From contig CBDCVA010000001.1 in NCBI GenBank assembly GCA_965222935.1, positions 132,093-196,092 on the forward strand: 64,000 nt of DNA, written 5' to 3'. Below the pieces are notes generated by a model. It was given only the letters and a program-made list of their open reading frames with translations, ran no database searches and was not told where the DNA came from. The position numbers and the translations under genes were made by a program. Positions 1 through 9,856 of the stretch are shown piece by piece; the first letter of the stretch is position 1; each line of letters begins with the position of its first letter. The stretch comes from Candidatus Latescibacterota bacterium. Its GTDB lineage: Bacteria; Latescibacterota; CBDCVA01.

Positions 1-54
1 GCGCCTTCTCGAAATCCTGGCTCACTTCGTCGGTGAACACACCCAGCGTGAACA

Positions 55-546
55 CTACGGCGCTCCTTCCTGCGTTGCCTCAACCGGCGTCAGATCCAGC
101 AGCATCGCCACCTCGTCGCATTCGACGAACTTGGGGCAGGTGATGCAATCGCGCCAGACCTTGTGGGGAAGCTGCTCCTTCTCGGTCTCGACGAACCCGA
201 AGCGGGCGAAGAAACCGGTCTGATAGGTGAGCGCGAATGCGCGGCGAATCCCCAGTTCCCGCGCCTCCTGCAGGACAGCATCGACTACGGCGCGCCCCAG
301 GCCCCGTCCGCGATAGGCCGGGTCCACCGCCGCCGATCGCACTTCGGCGAGATTCTCCCAGACGATATGCAGCGCCCCGCAGGCGACGATCTTGCCGTCT
401 TCCTGAGCCACCCAGAAGTCGCGCAGGTTCTCATAGATATTTCCCAGCGACCGGGGCAGGAGCAGCCCGGATTCCGCCTGGCCGTTGACCAGGCGCGCGA
501 TCTGCCGCGCATCCTCAAGCTCTGCCTTACGCACCATCTGTATCAT
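55..546 (-). CDS. GNAT acetyltransferase, short-form N-acetylglutamate synthase-like (ArgA-like), last gene of the arg operon
   Basis: GNAT motif block (…VDPAYRGRGLGRAVV…), about 160 aa from the internal Met MIQMVRK. The long N-terminal extension in the ORF track is a low-complexity Arg/Pro read-through overlapping argH. The start overlaps the argH stop. Confidence 0.6.
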   Translation of the reverse strand: MIQMVRKAELEDARQIARLVNGQAESGLLLPRSLGNIYENLRDFWVAQEDGKIVACGALHIVWENLAEVRSAAVDPAYRGRGLGRAVVDAVLQEARELGIRRAFALTYQTGFFARFGFVETEKEQLPHKVWRDCITCPKFVECDEVAMLLDLTPVEATQEGAP

Positions 547-1927
547 CGCTCCCAACAAGCGCTCGTCCGGCGGCGATCTGCGCCAGCACCGCGCGCCGCG
601 AGGTCCCGCCTTCGCTATCCCTCGCTTCGACGGCCCGCTCGGGGTCAAGCGCGTCCAATGCGTCCTGCCCGAAGGCCGGATGCGCCGCCCGCAGTTCCCC
701 GGTGGAAAGCGATCCCACGGAGCGTCCCTGCGCAAGCGTCTCGTGCACCAGCGCCCCGACAACCTCGTGCGCCTCCCGGAAGGGGACATCCTTGTTGACG
801 AGATAGAAAGCCAGGTCGGTGGTCAGAAGCTCGGGCGTGATGGCATTCCGCATCCGCGAGGCGTCCACCTCTAGGGTGGCCATGATCCGCTCGAAGACGG
901 TGAGCGCCCCTTCGGCGGTCGCGATGGCGTCGAACAGCGGCTCCTTGTCTTCCTGCAAGTCACCGGAGTAGGCCAGCGGGACGCCTTTCTGGGCCATCAG
1001 CACCGTCACCAGCGCGCCGGCGATGCGCCCCGTCTTCCCCCGGATGTGTTCGAGCGAATCGGGGTTGATCTTCTGCGGCATCTGGCTGGAGCCGCCCGCC
1101 AGGCTCTGGTGCAGCCGCACGAAGCCGTATTCGGCGCCCGACCAGCGGATGAGATCGCCCGCGAACCGGCTGAGGTGGACCAGGAACGTCGCGGCGAACG
1201 ACAGAAACTCTGCGATGAAATCCCGGTCGCTCACGGCGTCGATGCTGTTCTCGCTGGCGCGCGCGAACCCGAAGCGTTGCGCCAGGGCCGCCCGGTCGAT
1301 GGCGAAGGGCGTCCCGGCCAGTGCACCGGCGCCCAAAGGCAAAGTGTTCATGCGGTGCCGTCCGTTGGCGAGGCGGCCTCTGTCGCGCTCGAGCATCCAG
1401 AAGAGGGCTAGGAGGTAGTGGCTGAACCGGACGGGCTGCGCGGGCCGCAGGTGCGTGTAGCCGGGCATCAGCGCGTCGATCTCGCGCTCGGAGACATCGA
1501 GGAGCGTCCGCTGAAGTCGGCGGATTCGGGCATCGATCCGGTCTGCCGCCTCGCGGAGGTAGAGTTTCTCGTCGAGGACCACCTGGTCGTTTCTGCTGCG
1601 CCCGGTGTGCAGCCGCCTTGCGGGCTCGCCCACCAACTCGATCAGGCGATCTTCGACGACGGTATGAACGTCCTCCTTCCCGATGGGGAACGCGAGCTCG
1701 CCCGAGACCACCTCGCGCGCCACGGCATCGAGCCCGTCGAGGATCGCCCGGCGCTCCCCGGTGGAGATGACGCCCGCCTCGGCCAGCGCCTCGGCCTGAA
1801 TGCGCGAGCCCTCGATATCCGCCCCGGCGAGGACATGGTCGAAGCGGACCGACGCGCTGAAGGCCTCGAACGCGGGGTCGGACGCCTCGCTGAAGACGCC
1901 GCCCCATCGTTTCCCCGCGCCGCTCAT
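527..1927 (-). CDS. argH: argininosuccinate lyase
   Basis: Full-length fumarate-lyase fold with the [11 protein letters not shown] signature region. About 466 aa, contiguous with argG. Confidence 0.9.
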   Translation of the reverse strand: MSGAGKRWGGVFSEASDPAFEAFSASVRFDHVLAGADIEGSRIQAEALAEAGVISTGERRAILDGLDAVAREVVSGELAFPIGKEDVHTVVEDRLIELVGEPARRLHTGRSRNDQVVLDEKLYLREAADRIDARIRRLQRTLLDVSEREIDALMPGYTHLRPAQPVRFSHYLLALFWMLERDRGRLANGRHRMNTLPLGAGALAGTPFAIDRAALAQRFGFARASENSIDAVSDRDFIAEFLSFAATFLVHLSRFAGDLIRWSGAEYGFVRLHQSLAGGSSQMPQKINPDSLEHIRGKTGRIAGALVTVLMAQKGVPLAYSGDLQEDKEPLFDAIATAEGALTVFERIMATLEVDASRMRNAITPELLTTDLAFYLVNKDVPFREAHEVVGALVHETLAQGRSVGSLSTGELRAAHPAFGQDALDALDPERAVEARDSEGGTSRRAVLAQIAAGRALVGSDDTDGA

Positions 1928-3150
1928 GCTCCCTCCCCTCGCTCCGCCGCGCGGTCAACCAGCCCTTGCGTGCGCTCCGGCAAGCCGAACAGGCGAATGA
2001 AGCCCGTCGCGTCCGCCTGGTCGTACTCGCTCTCTCTGCCGAAAGTGACGAGCTCTTTGCGGAAGAGGCTGTAAGGGCTCTCGCGCCCGACGGCCGTGAC
2101 GGAGCCTTTGTAGAGCTTCAATCGCACCGTCCCCGTGAGGCGCTTCTGGGTGGCGTCCACGAAGGCGTCCAGCGCCTCGCGCAGGGGCGAGAACCACTTG
2201 CCCGCGTAGACGAGCTCGGCGTAGCGCTCCGATAGAGTGCGCTTCTCCCGCGAGGTGTCCCGATCGAGCACGAGCGCTTCGAGGTCCCGGTGCGCCTCGT
2301 AGAGCATCGTCCCGCCGGGGGTCTCGTAGACGCCTCGGGATTTCATGCCCACCACACGGCTCTCGACGATGTCCCTGCGGCCGACGCCGTGGCGTCCGCC
2401 CAGGACATTCAATCGCTCCAGGAGGGCCACGGGTCCGAGACGCTCACCGTCCACCTCGGCGGGCCAGCCGGCCTCGAAGCCGATGGTGACGTACTCGGCC
2501 TCATCGGGCGCCTCCTCGGGCGCGGCGGTGCGCTGGAACATGCGCGCATCGGCCTCGAAGGCGGGGTCTTCGAGCGGACCGCCCTCATGGCTGAGGTGCC
2601 ACAGGTTGCCGTCGCGCGAGTAGTCCTCTTCGCGGGTCACCGGGACCGGGATGCCGTGCGCGGCGGCGTAGTCCATGGCGTCCTCGCGACCGCGCAGGTC
2701 CCACTCCCGCCAGGGCGCGATGACCTTGAGTTCGGGCGCCAGGGCCGCATAGGCCAACTCGAAACGCACCTGGTCGTTCCCCTTGCCCGTGGCACCGTGA
2801 GCGACGGCATCGGCGCCCTCGAGGCGGGCGATCTCCACCTGCCGCTTGGCGATCAGGGGCCGGGAGAACGAGGTGCCCAACAGGTAGCGCCCTTCGTAGA
2901 CGGCGCCCGCGCGCATCGTGGGGAAGCAGTAATCGCGCACGAACGCTTCACGCAGGTCCTCGACGTAGACCTTCGAGGCTCCCGCCGCGAGGGCCTTTTC
3001 CCTGAGGCCCGAAAGCTCCCGTCCCTGGCCCAGATCGGCCGTCATGGCGATGACCTCGCAGCCGTAGCGCTCGATCAGCCAGCTCAGGATCACCGACGTG
3101 TCCAGCCCGCCCGAGTACGCGAGGACGACCTTTCGCGGCGTCTCAGGCAT
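1924..3150 (-). CDS. argG: argininosuccinate synthase
   Basis: [11 protein letters not shown]-loop motif, about 408 aa from MPETPRK. Stop overlaps the argH start. Confidence 0.9.
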   Translation of the reverse strand: MPETPRKVVLAYSGGLDTSVILSWLIERYGCEVIAMTADLGQGRELSGLREKALAAGASKVYVEDLREAFVRDYCFPTMRAGAVYEGRYLLGTSFSRPLIAKRQVEIARLEGADAVAHGATGKGNDQVRFELAYAALAPELKVIAPWREWDLRGREDAMDYAAAHGIPVPVTREEDYSRDGNLWHLSHEGGPLEDPAFEADARMFQRTAAPEEAPDEAEYVTIGFEAGWPAEVDGERLGPVALLERLNVLGGRHGVGRRDIVESRVVGMKSRGVYETPGGTMLYEAHRDLEALVLDRDTSREKRTLSERYAELVYAGKWFSPLREALDAFVDATQKRLTGTVRLKLYKGSVTAVGRESPYSLFRKELVTFGRESEYDQADATGFIRLFGLPERTQGLVDRAAERGEGA

Positions 3151-4348
3151 GGCCGCTCTCGTGGTGCGTAAGGGCAGCATCGAGCGCATCGACCACTTCG
3201 TCCACCTGCTCGGCGGTCACGGTCAGGGGCGGCACGAAGCGGAGGATGTTCGCCCCCGCGCTGGTGGCCAGGATGGAGCGCTCGAACAGGGCGTTCACCA
3301 TCACCTTCGCCTCGCACGCCAGTTCCATCCCGCACAGGAGGCCTCGCCCGCGCACCTCCTTGAGGGTCGCATGGCGTTCGCGCAGCGACTCGACCCTGCC
3401 GAACAGGTGTTGCCCCACGGCCTCCACGTGCTCGGCCATCGCTGGCTCCTGAAGTTTTCGCAGTACGGTCAAGGCCACGGCGCAGGTGAGCGGCCCCCCT
3501 CCGAACGTCGTGCCGTGGTCGGAGGGCCCGAGCGCATCCGCCACCCGCTGGCGCATGAGCACCGCCGCCAGAGGCAGGCCGCCCGCCAGCGGCTTGGCCA
3601 GCGTCATCACGTCCGGCTCGACGCCGTACGCCTCGTAGGTGAAGAGGGGTCCCGTCCGGCGCATCCCCGTCTGGATCTCGTCGAAGATGAGCGCGCATCC
3701 GGCCTCATCCGCCAGCCGCCGCAGGCCCGTCAGGAAATCCGGTTTCCCGACGTGAATGCCGCCTTCGGCTTGGATCGGCTCGACGAGGATGGCGCACGTG
3801 CGGTCGCTCAAAACGTCTCGAACGGCCCCGAGGTCGTTGAACGGTACGATGTGGAAGCCGGGGAGCATCGGCTCGAACCCCTGGTGGAGCTTGGATTGAC
3901 CCGTCGCCGAAAGCGCCCCGTAGGTGCGGCCGTGGAAAGAGTTCTCGAAGGCGATGATCTCGTAGCGGTCGGGGTTGCCGTCGGTTCGCGCCCACTTGCG
4001 GACGAACTTGATCGCGGCATCCACCGCCTCCGTGCCGCTGTTGCAGACGAAGACGCGGTCGGCGAAGGAGGCCTCGGCCAGCGCTCTGGCCAGTTCGGCC
4101 TGCTCCGCCGTGTGATAGAGGTTGGAGATGTGGATGAGCTTTGCTGCGCCCTCCTGTATCGCCCGAACGATGTCCGGGTCGCCGTAGCCGAAGGCGTTGA
4201 CGGCGATCCCCGCGACGAAATCCAGATAGCGTCGGCCGTCGGTGTCGTAGACATGGGCGCCTTCCCCGCGCGCGAACACGATCTCCGGTCGCACGAAGAT
4301 TTGCAGTTGATAGCGATTCGCGAGCTCCAGGTACTCGGCCGTAGTCAT
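3143..4348 (-). CDS. argD: acetylornithine aminotransferase (class III PLP aminotransferase)
   Basis: Class III aminotransferase motifs (…DEIQTG…, …TFGGGPL…). Likely start is MTTAEYLE. Confidence 0.85.
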   Translation of the reverse strand: MTTAEYLELANRYQLQIFVRPEIVFARGEGAHVYDTDGRRYLDFVAGIAVNAFGYGDPDIVRAIQEGAAKLIHISNLYHTAEQAELARALAEASFADRVFVCNSGTEAVDAAIKFVRKWARTDGNPDRYEIIAFENSFHGRTYGALSATGQSKLHQGFEPMLPGFHIVPFNDLGAVRDVLSDRTCAILVEPIQAEGGIHVGKPDFLTGLRRLADEAGCALIFDEIQTGMRRTGPLFTYEAYGVEPDVMTLAKPLAGGLPLAAVLMRQRVADALGPSDHGTTFGGGPLTCAVALTVLRKLQEPAMAEHVEAVGQHLFGRVESLRERHATLKEVRGRGLLCGMELACEAKVMVNALFERSILATSAGANILRFVPPLTVTAEQVDEVVDALDAALTHHESGHA

Positions 4349-5061
4349 CGGGCGTCCTCGCTTTCCGTATCTACCAGTGACAGAACTTCCTTCAGCGCTG
4401 AGACCATAGCTCCTCGCCACTCCGCCTCCGCATCGGGACGGAGGGATTCATGTACAGCTTCTTCGTAGGGTACTCGAATCAGAACGGGATGCATCCCAAC
4501 CTGTGCTGCGCCTGTCAGTTCGCGGCTGCTTCCGTCCCCTACGTAGAGGCAGTCCTGCGGCCTCACGGCCAGCCGCTCGCAGGCCATCCGATAGATGCGT
4601 GGATCGGGCTTCTTGAAGCCCGCTGTACCCGAAAAGATGGCAACATCCACTAGCGGAGCCAAGGGGGTGTCTCGCCACAGAAACGCAACGTCCGGTCCAC
4701 AATCACTGATGAGTCCTATCTTGTAGCGTCCCGCTCGCAGCCGATTCAACGTCTCCACGGCGCCCCATCGCGGTGTGAGAGAACGCCGTATAAAATCAAG
4801 CCGTATTTGGGTGGCCGCCGTGATCCGATCACTCTCCAATGGCAGGCCGAGCGTCTCGCAGATGTGCTCAAGGTTGGCCTCTATGGTCGCAAAGAACGCC
4901 GTTTCCCGCGGACGTGATGTCTCGCTCCACAGGCGGTGAAAGTCATCCCCAGGCACAGAAAGCGCAGACGCCATTGCCGAGCGCGAACGCTGGATGTCCT
5001 GAAATGACTGGAGGTCAACCAAGGTTCCGAAGAGATCAAAAATGACGGCGTCATAGGTCAT
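4345..5061 (-). CDS. HAD-superfamily hydrolase embedded in the arg operon
   Basis: N-terminal DxFGTL (VIFDLFGTLVD) and C-terminal GDGSSRE HAD motifs. Confidence 0.7.
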   Translation of the reverse strand: MTYDAVIFDLFGTLVDLQSFQDIQRSRSAMASALSVPGDDFHRLWSETSRPRETAFFATIEANLEHICETLGLPLESDRITAATQIRLDFIRRSLTPRWGAVETLNRLRAGRYKIGLISDCGPDVAFLWRDTPLAPLVDVAIFSGTAGFKKPDPRIYRMACERLAVRPQDCLYVGDGSSRELTGAAQVGMHPVLIRVPYEEAVHESLRPDAEAEWRGAMVSALKEVLSLVDTESEDAR

Positions 5062-5104
5062 GGTTCAGTTGCCCTTGTGCTGCGATGGCGCATCGCCTCA
5101 GCCT

Positions 5105-5917
5105 TCACCCGGCGGCGGCAACCACCGTTCCGAGCCCTTCTTCGGAAGTGCCGTCCGCCGCATCGCCCGCGAGTTGGCGGCACAGGCTGCCCGCACCGGC
5201 CCAGCCCATGATGTGGACCCGCCCCACGCCCGCTTCCACGGCATCCCGCGCGGACCTGAGCTTGGGGATCATGCCCCCGGTGATCTGTCCGGCGGCGACC
5301 AACGCTTCCACCTCGCCGGTCAGGATGCGTCGCTTGAGCGCACCTTCGACATAGACCCCGGGCACGTCGGTCACGAAGACCAGGTCGTCGCAGCCGAGCG
5401 CGACGCCGATCGCCAGCGCCGCCTCGTCCGCGTTGACGTTGAACGCCTCCCAATCGGGGCCCGCCGAGATGGGCGAGACCACGGGTATGATCCCGTGGCA
5501 CAGGAGAAGGCGCAGAAGCTCGGCATCCACCCGCTCGATCCGGCCCACGCGCCCCAGGTCCTCCGTCGGGTGACGCTTGGGCTCGGCGCGCAGAAGCCCC
5601 ATGTCGCGCCCGCTGAGGCCGATTGCCCGTCCGCCCAGGGCGCCGAGCCTCCCCACGATCCGTTTGTTCACGGCGCCTGAGAGCACCATCTCCACGGCCC
5701 CCACGGCCCTCCCATCGGTCACTCGCAAGCCATCCACGAAGCGGAACGGTAAGCCCAGCCTCTCCAGAATCCTGCCGATCTCCGCCCCGCCCCCGTGGAC
5801 GATGACGCGCCCTCGAGGCGCCAGGGCCACGATGTCGCCGAGCTGTTCATCGAGGGTGGCCTCGTCGTCGGTGGCCGTTCCGCCGAGCTTGACGACGGTT
5901 GTGGGCGGACCGCTCAT
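5105..5917 (-). CDS. argB: acetylglutamate kinase
   Basis: Amino-acid kinase fold (VVKLGG…HGGG…), about 270 aa. Confidence 0.85.
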   Translation of the reverse strand: MSGPPTTVVKLGGTATDDEATLDEQLGDIVALAPRGRVIVHGGGAEIGRILERLGLPFRFVDGLRVTDGRAVGAVEMVLSGAVNKRIVGRLGALGGRAIGLSGRDMGLLRAEPKRHPTEDLGRVGRIERVDAELLRLLLCHGIIPVVSPISAGPDWEAFNVNADEAALAIGVALGCDDLVFVTDVPGVYVEGALKRRILTGEVEALVAAGQITGGMIPKLRSARDAVEAGVGRVHIMGWAGAGSLCRQLAGDAADGTSEEGLGTVVAAAG

Positions 5918-6960
5918 CCGCCCAGCGGGACGACCGGCGTCGCGGTGAAGCCGGTCACCTCCGGCAGATCGAACATCAGGTTCATGTTCTGGATCGCGGT
6001 ACCGACCGCACCTTTGCCCAGGTTATCGATCACCGAAACGACGATGGCCATCCTCGCCCCCTCGACGCGTTTGACGCCGACATCGCAGAAGTTCGTCTCG
6101 GCGACGTGCGAGGCCTCCGGGAGCTCGGCCCCCTTGACGCGGACGAACGGCTCCTCGGCGTAGAGCGTCCACACCGCGTCGACGAGCGTCTCGGTGCCGA
6201 CATCCTCGGCGAGCGGGACGTAGAGGGTCGAGAGCATGCCCCGGTTGAGCGGCACGCGCTGCGGGGTGAACACGACCCGCACATCGCGGCCGGCGAGCTT
6301 GGCCAGTTCCTGCTCCATTTCGCCGACGTGCTTGTGGATGCGCCCGGCCTTGTACGCGGCGATGTTGTCGTGCGCATCCACGAACAGAAGCTCGTGCAAA
6401 AGCTTACGCCCCGCGCCGCTGATGCCGCTCTTGGCGTCCACGATGATGGGTTCGTCCGCCACGAGCCCGGTTCGCATGAAAGGTGCCAGACCCAGGAGGA
6501 CGGAGGTCGGGTAGCAGCCGGGGTTGGCCACGAGCCGTGCGCTCCGAATCACCTCGCGGTTGAGTTCGGGGAGACCGTAGACGGCCTCGGCGAGAAGCTC
6601 GGGCGCGTCGTGCGCCCGGCCGTACCACCGCTCGAACGCCTCGGCGGAATCCAGTCGGAAATCGCCCGGCAGGTCGATGAGTTGAGTGCCGCGTTCGAGC
6701 AGGGCCGGCGCCAATCGGGTTGAGAGAAAATCGGGCACGCAACTGAAGAGGCAATCGGCCTCCTCGCGGAGGGCATCGCCGGAGGGGATCAACTCGAAAT
6801 CCCCGACGCCCCTGAGGCGCGGGTACACGTCGGAGAGGCGCTCGCCCGCGCTCTGTTCCGATGTCGCGAAGGCCAACTTCACCTCGGGATGGAGCGCCAA
6901 CTGCTCGACCAGCTCGCGTCCCACAAGGCCCGTCGCGCCCAGGATGCCCACTCGAATCAT
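5914..6960 (-). CDS. argC: N-acetyl-gamma-glutamyl-phosphate reductase
   Basis: N-terminal Rossmann GATGLVG, catalytic …NPGCYPT… region, 348 aa. Confidence 0.9.
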   Translation of the reverse strand: MIRVGILGATGLVGRELVEQLALHPEVKLAFATSEQSAGERLSDVYPRLRGVGDFELIPSGDALREEADCLFSCVPDFLSTRLAPALLERGTQLIDLPGDFRLDSAEAFERWYGRAHDAPELLAEAVYGLPELNREVIRSARLVANPGCYPTSVLLGLAPFMRTGLVADEPIIVDAKSGISGAGRKLLHELLFVDAHDNIAAYKAGRIHKHVGEMEQELAKLAGRDVRVVFTPQRVPLNRGMLSTLYVPLAEDVGTETLVDAVWTLYAEEPFVRVKGAELPEASHVAETNFCDVGVKRVEGARMAIVVSVIDNLGKGAVGTAIQNMNLMFDLPEVTGFTATPVVPLGG

Positions 6961-7451
6961 CTCGCCCCCCTCGACCGTTCGATCCCTCGAATTCGCCCTG
7001 CCAACTGCTCACCATCCCGCGTCGTCCGCACGATCACCAAAAGCGTGTCGTCTCCGGCCACCGTCCCCAGGACATCCGGCCACTGTGCGCCGTCGATCGC
7101 CGCCGCGACCGCCTGCGCGGAGCCCGCCGCCGCCTTGACCACCACCAGGTTGCCCGCGTTCTCGACGCTCCGCACGTCGTCGCGAACGGCACGCCGGAGC
7201 CTCTCGGGGCCGCCATTAGGATCGACCTCCTCGGGCCTGACGTAGCGATACCCCCCCTGTGGAGCCGGGGCGCGAACGACGCCCAGCGCCCTCAGGTCCC
7301 TCGAGAGCGTGCCCTGGCTCACCGGGTGCCCCAGCGCTCCGAGCGCAGCGCCCAGCGCCCGTTGTGTACCGAGTTGGCGGGCCGCGATGACCTCGAGGAT
7401 GACGCGGCGGCGGGCGTCCTTGTCGCGATTCGTTCCGTGCGCTGGGCTCAT
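6957..7451 (-). CDS. argR: arginine repressor
   Basis: Winged-helix N-terminus (…SQGTLSRDLRALG…) plus a C-terminal oligomerisation/arginine-binding domain. First gene after an ARG-box promoter. Confidence 0.85.
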   Translation of the reverse strand: MSPAHGTNRDKDARRRVILEVIAARQLGTQRALGAALGALGHPVSQGTLSRDLRALGVVRAPAPQGGYRYVRPEEVDPNGGPERLRRAVRDDVRSVENAGNLVVVKAAAGSAQAVAAAIDGAQWPDVLGTVAGDDTLLVIVRTTRDGEQLAGRIRGIERSRGAR

Positions 7452-7461
7452 GGCGATGGAA

Positions 7462-7510
7462 AAGTATGTTAATTCATATTCTATGAATAATTATTTTGAA
7501 TATAAGGGCA
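7462..7510 (-). promoter_or_regulatory. ARG box operator(s) for ArgR, an AT-rich block in GC-rich DNA
   Basis: TATGAATAATTATTTTGA (7482-7499) fits TNTGAATWWWWATTCANW at about 16/18 positions. Inverted repeat ATTCATA-ttc-TATGAAT at 7472-7488. Located at or after the -10 element. Confidence 0.6.
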
Positions 7511-7528
7511 ATCCGCCGTGCTGTCAAG
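7499..7528 (-). promoter_or_regulatory. sigma70-type promoter of the arg operon (TTGACA-N17-TATATT on the minus strand)
   Basis: Minus-strand read: TTGACAgcacggcggattgccctTATATT, directly followed by the ARG box and argR. Confidence 0.6.
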
Positions 7529-7538
7529 GGGGCGAAAG

Positions 7539-8477
7539 CTACGCCGGGGCTTGCGGGGTCTCTTCGCGGGCCAGGAGCGCGTCTGTGAAGCGTCTGGGGT
7601 CGAATTCGTCGAGGTCGTCGAGGCCTTCGCCCAGGCCGACGAGCAGGATGGGGATGTTTAGTGCCTCGGCAATGGCGATCACCGCTCCCCCTTTCGCCGT
7701 CCCGTCGAGTTTCGCGAGCGCGAGTCCCGTGACGCCCACGGCATCGTGGAAGGCCCGGGCCTGTGCCAGCGCATTCTGGCCCGTGGTCGCATCCAGGACG
7801 AGCAGGACCTCGTGCGGCGCTTCCGGGAGGGCGCGCCCGAGCACGCGGTGAATTTTCTTCAACTCGTCCATCAGATTCCGTTGGGTGTGGAGGCGGCCCG
7901 CCGTGTCCACGATGCAGACATCGGTCCCGCGCGCCGTGGCAGCCGAGATGGCGTCGAAGGCGACGGAGGCGGCATCGGCTCCGGGCTGGTGCCCCACCCA
8001 CTGCACGTGCGCGCGACGCGCCCAGATCTCCAACTGGTCGATGGCTGCGGCACGGAAGGTGTCCGAGGCGGCCAGAAGCACCCGCCGTCCCTCCCTTGCG
8101 AACCGCGCGGCGATCTTGCCGACCGTCGTCGTCTTTCCGGCGCCGTTCGCGCCGCAGACCATGATCACCTTCGGGGGCTGCGTGACGTCGAAGAAGCTGC
8201 GCTCGGGTCGCCGCGCTTCGAGGAGGGTCAGGAGCTGGCTGCGCAAGGCGTCCCAGAGGGCCTTCTCCCCTCGCTCGTCCGCTCGACGCACGGCTTCGAT
8301 CAGGCGTTCCGCCGCGTTCAGTCCGATGTCGGCCTCCAGGAGGAGGTCCTCCATCGCCTCCGCCGCGGCCGCATCGAACGGCTCTCCGCCGCCCAGCAAC
8401 TCATCCAGCCGCGAGATGATGCCGCCTCGCGTCTTGGCCAGCCCTGCCCGCAGGCGCGTCAAGACGTCATCGAGCAT
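7539..8477 (-). CDS. ftsY: signal recognition particle receptor FtsY
   Basis: SRP54-type GTPase: GANGAGKTTT P-loop, DTAGR, TKLD motifs. Confidence 0.9.
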   Translation of the reverse strand: MLDDVLTRLRAGLAKTRGGIISRLDELLGGGEPFDAAAAEAMEDLLLEADIGLNAAERLIEAVRRADERGEKALWDALRSQLLTLLEARRPERSFFDVTQPPKVIMVCGANGAGKTTTVGKIAARFAREGRRVLLAASDTFRAAAIDQLEIWARRAHVQWVGHQPGADAASVAFDAISAATARGTDVCIVDTAGRLHTQRNLMDELKKIHRVLGRALPEAPHEVLLVLDATTGQNALAQARAFHDAVGVTGLALAKLDGTAKGGAVIAIAEALNIPILLVGLGEGLDDLDEFDPRRFTDALLAREETPQAPA

Positions 8478-8528
8478 GATGAAAGGTCTGAGCCTTGGGT
8501 TGGGGTCTGTGGCCTTTCCGGTTCGGCG

Positions 8529-9635
8529 CTACGAGGACATGGGGAGAAGCGTGGCGGGCCGGGGTTCGGATTTCGGGTGCGTCGTGGGGGCGTCACCGTT
8601 CGAGGGACCGTCGCGGCCGTTCCGCCCGCCCGTGACGGCCTGTTGGGCCCATCCGGCGAGCGTGCGCCCCAGGCCCTCCCGACGGTAGATGAGCTCGTAC
8701 TCGCCCCGGCAGTTGTACCAGCACTTGTCGCACGTGTTGGTCGCCTGCGCGTGGTGGAGCCTGCGCAGCAGCTCCTCGGGGGGCGTCGAGAGGATATTGC
8801 CCACGGGCTCGAAGATGGCCTCGACGCACTTGGCCACGTCTCCGCTCTCGTCGATGTTGAGCAGCGAGCGGCCGGCGGTGCAGCCGCTCAGGCCGCCCGC
8901 GAGCGCGTAGTCGTCGAACCGGCGCAGGAAGGCATCGCTGGACGTGAAATTCGAGTAGCGGCGCTTGAGCTCCATCAGGCGCGCGGAGGGGAGGTCCTCA
9001 TGGTTCATCTCGCTCGTCGCACCGATCTTGATGTCGCAGTAGGGCTGGACCATGAAGGACGCGCCCGCCTCCTGCGCCAGTTGGATCAAGGGCTCCATTT
9101 CGTCGAGGTTGTCGCGGGACAGCACGCACATCAGGTTCACGAACTGGCCCTTCTTCGTGCGCTCCTCGCTGAAGATGTGCAGGGCGCGCACGGCGCGCTC
9201 CCATGTGCCCGGCATCCCGCGCAGGGTGTCGTGGGTCTCGCTCTTCACCGAGTCGATGGAGATGCTGATCCCCATGGCTCCGGCCCCGAAGATCGCCCGC
9301 GCTTTCTCGGGTGTGGCGAACCAGCCGTTGGAGGTCAGTGTGACGAAGTGATCGCGCGCGAGGATGGAGACGATGTCGGGCAGGTCCGGCCGTACGAACG
9401 GCTCACCGCCCGCAATGTTGACGATCATCGTGCCGATCTGCGCCAGATTGGCTCCGGCGGTCTCGAACTGTTCGGTGGTCAACTCCCGCGACTTGTCCTG
9501 GCGGAAATCCCAGTAGCCGCAGAAGGTGCAGCGTAGATTGCAGCGGTAGGTCGGCTGCCAAGTGCAGATGAGCGGGCGCCGCTTGGCGTAGGAGACGAGC
9601 GCCTTCGTGGACTTGCGTAACCCGGAGAACCCCAT
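8529..9635 (-). CDS. radical SAM/SPASM-domain protein, substrate unknown
   Basis: CNLRCTFC (CX3CX2C) near the N-terminus. C-terminal Cys cluster …CDKCWYNCRGE… typical of SPASM/twitch auxiliary Fe-S clusters. Confidence 0.7.
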   Translation of the reverse strand: MGFSGLRKSTKALVSYAKRRPLICTWQPTYRCNLRCTFCGYWDFRQDKSRELTTEQFETAGANLAQIGTMIVNIAGGEPFVRPDLPDIVSILARDHFVTLTSNGWFATPEKARAIFGAGAMGISISIDSVKSETHDTLRGMPGTWERAVRALHIFSEERTKKGQFVNLMCVLSRDNLDEMEPLIQLAQEAGASFMVQPYCDIKIGATSEMNHEDLPSARLMELKRRYSNFTSSDAFLRRFDDYALAGGLSGCTAGRSLLNIDESGDVAKCVEAIFEPVGNILSTPPEELLRRLHHAQATNTCDKCWYNCRGEYELIYRREGLGRTLAGWAQQAVTGGRNGRDGPSNGDAPTTHPKSEPRPATLLPMSS

Positions 9636-9856
9636 AGCGGCTTTCCTCGACGGATGCCCGGATCAGATATCGAACCGGGGGCAGCCGACCGGCGTTGTGT
9701 CTGTACCGTACTGCTCGTGGACGTTCGCGTGTGAGACTCAATATCAGTGCATTCGGACGGGAGCGCAACTGCTGCTCGTGGTGGGCCGATTCACCTTGTG
9801 GGTCGTGGAGCGCGCTTGCTTGACCGCATCCGGGGCTCAAAGTATATTACCCGAGC

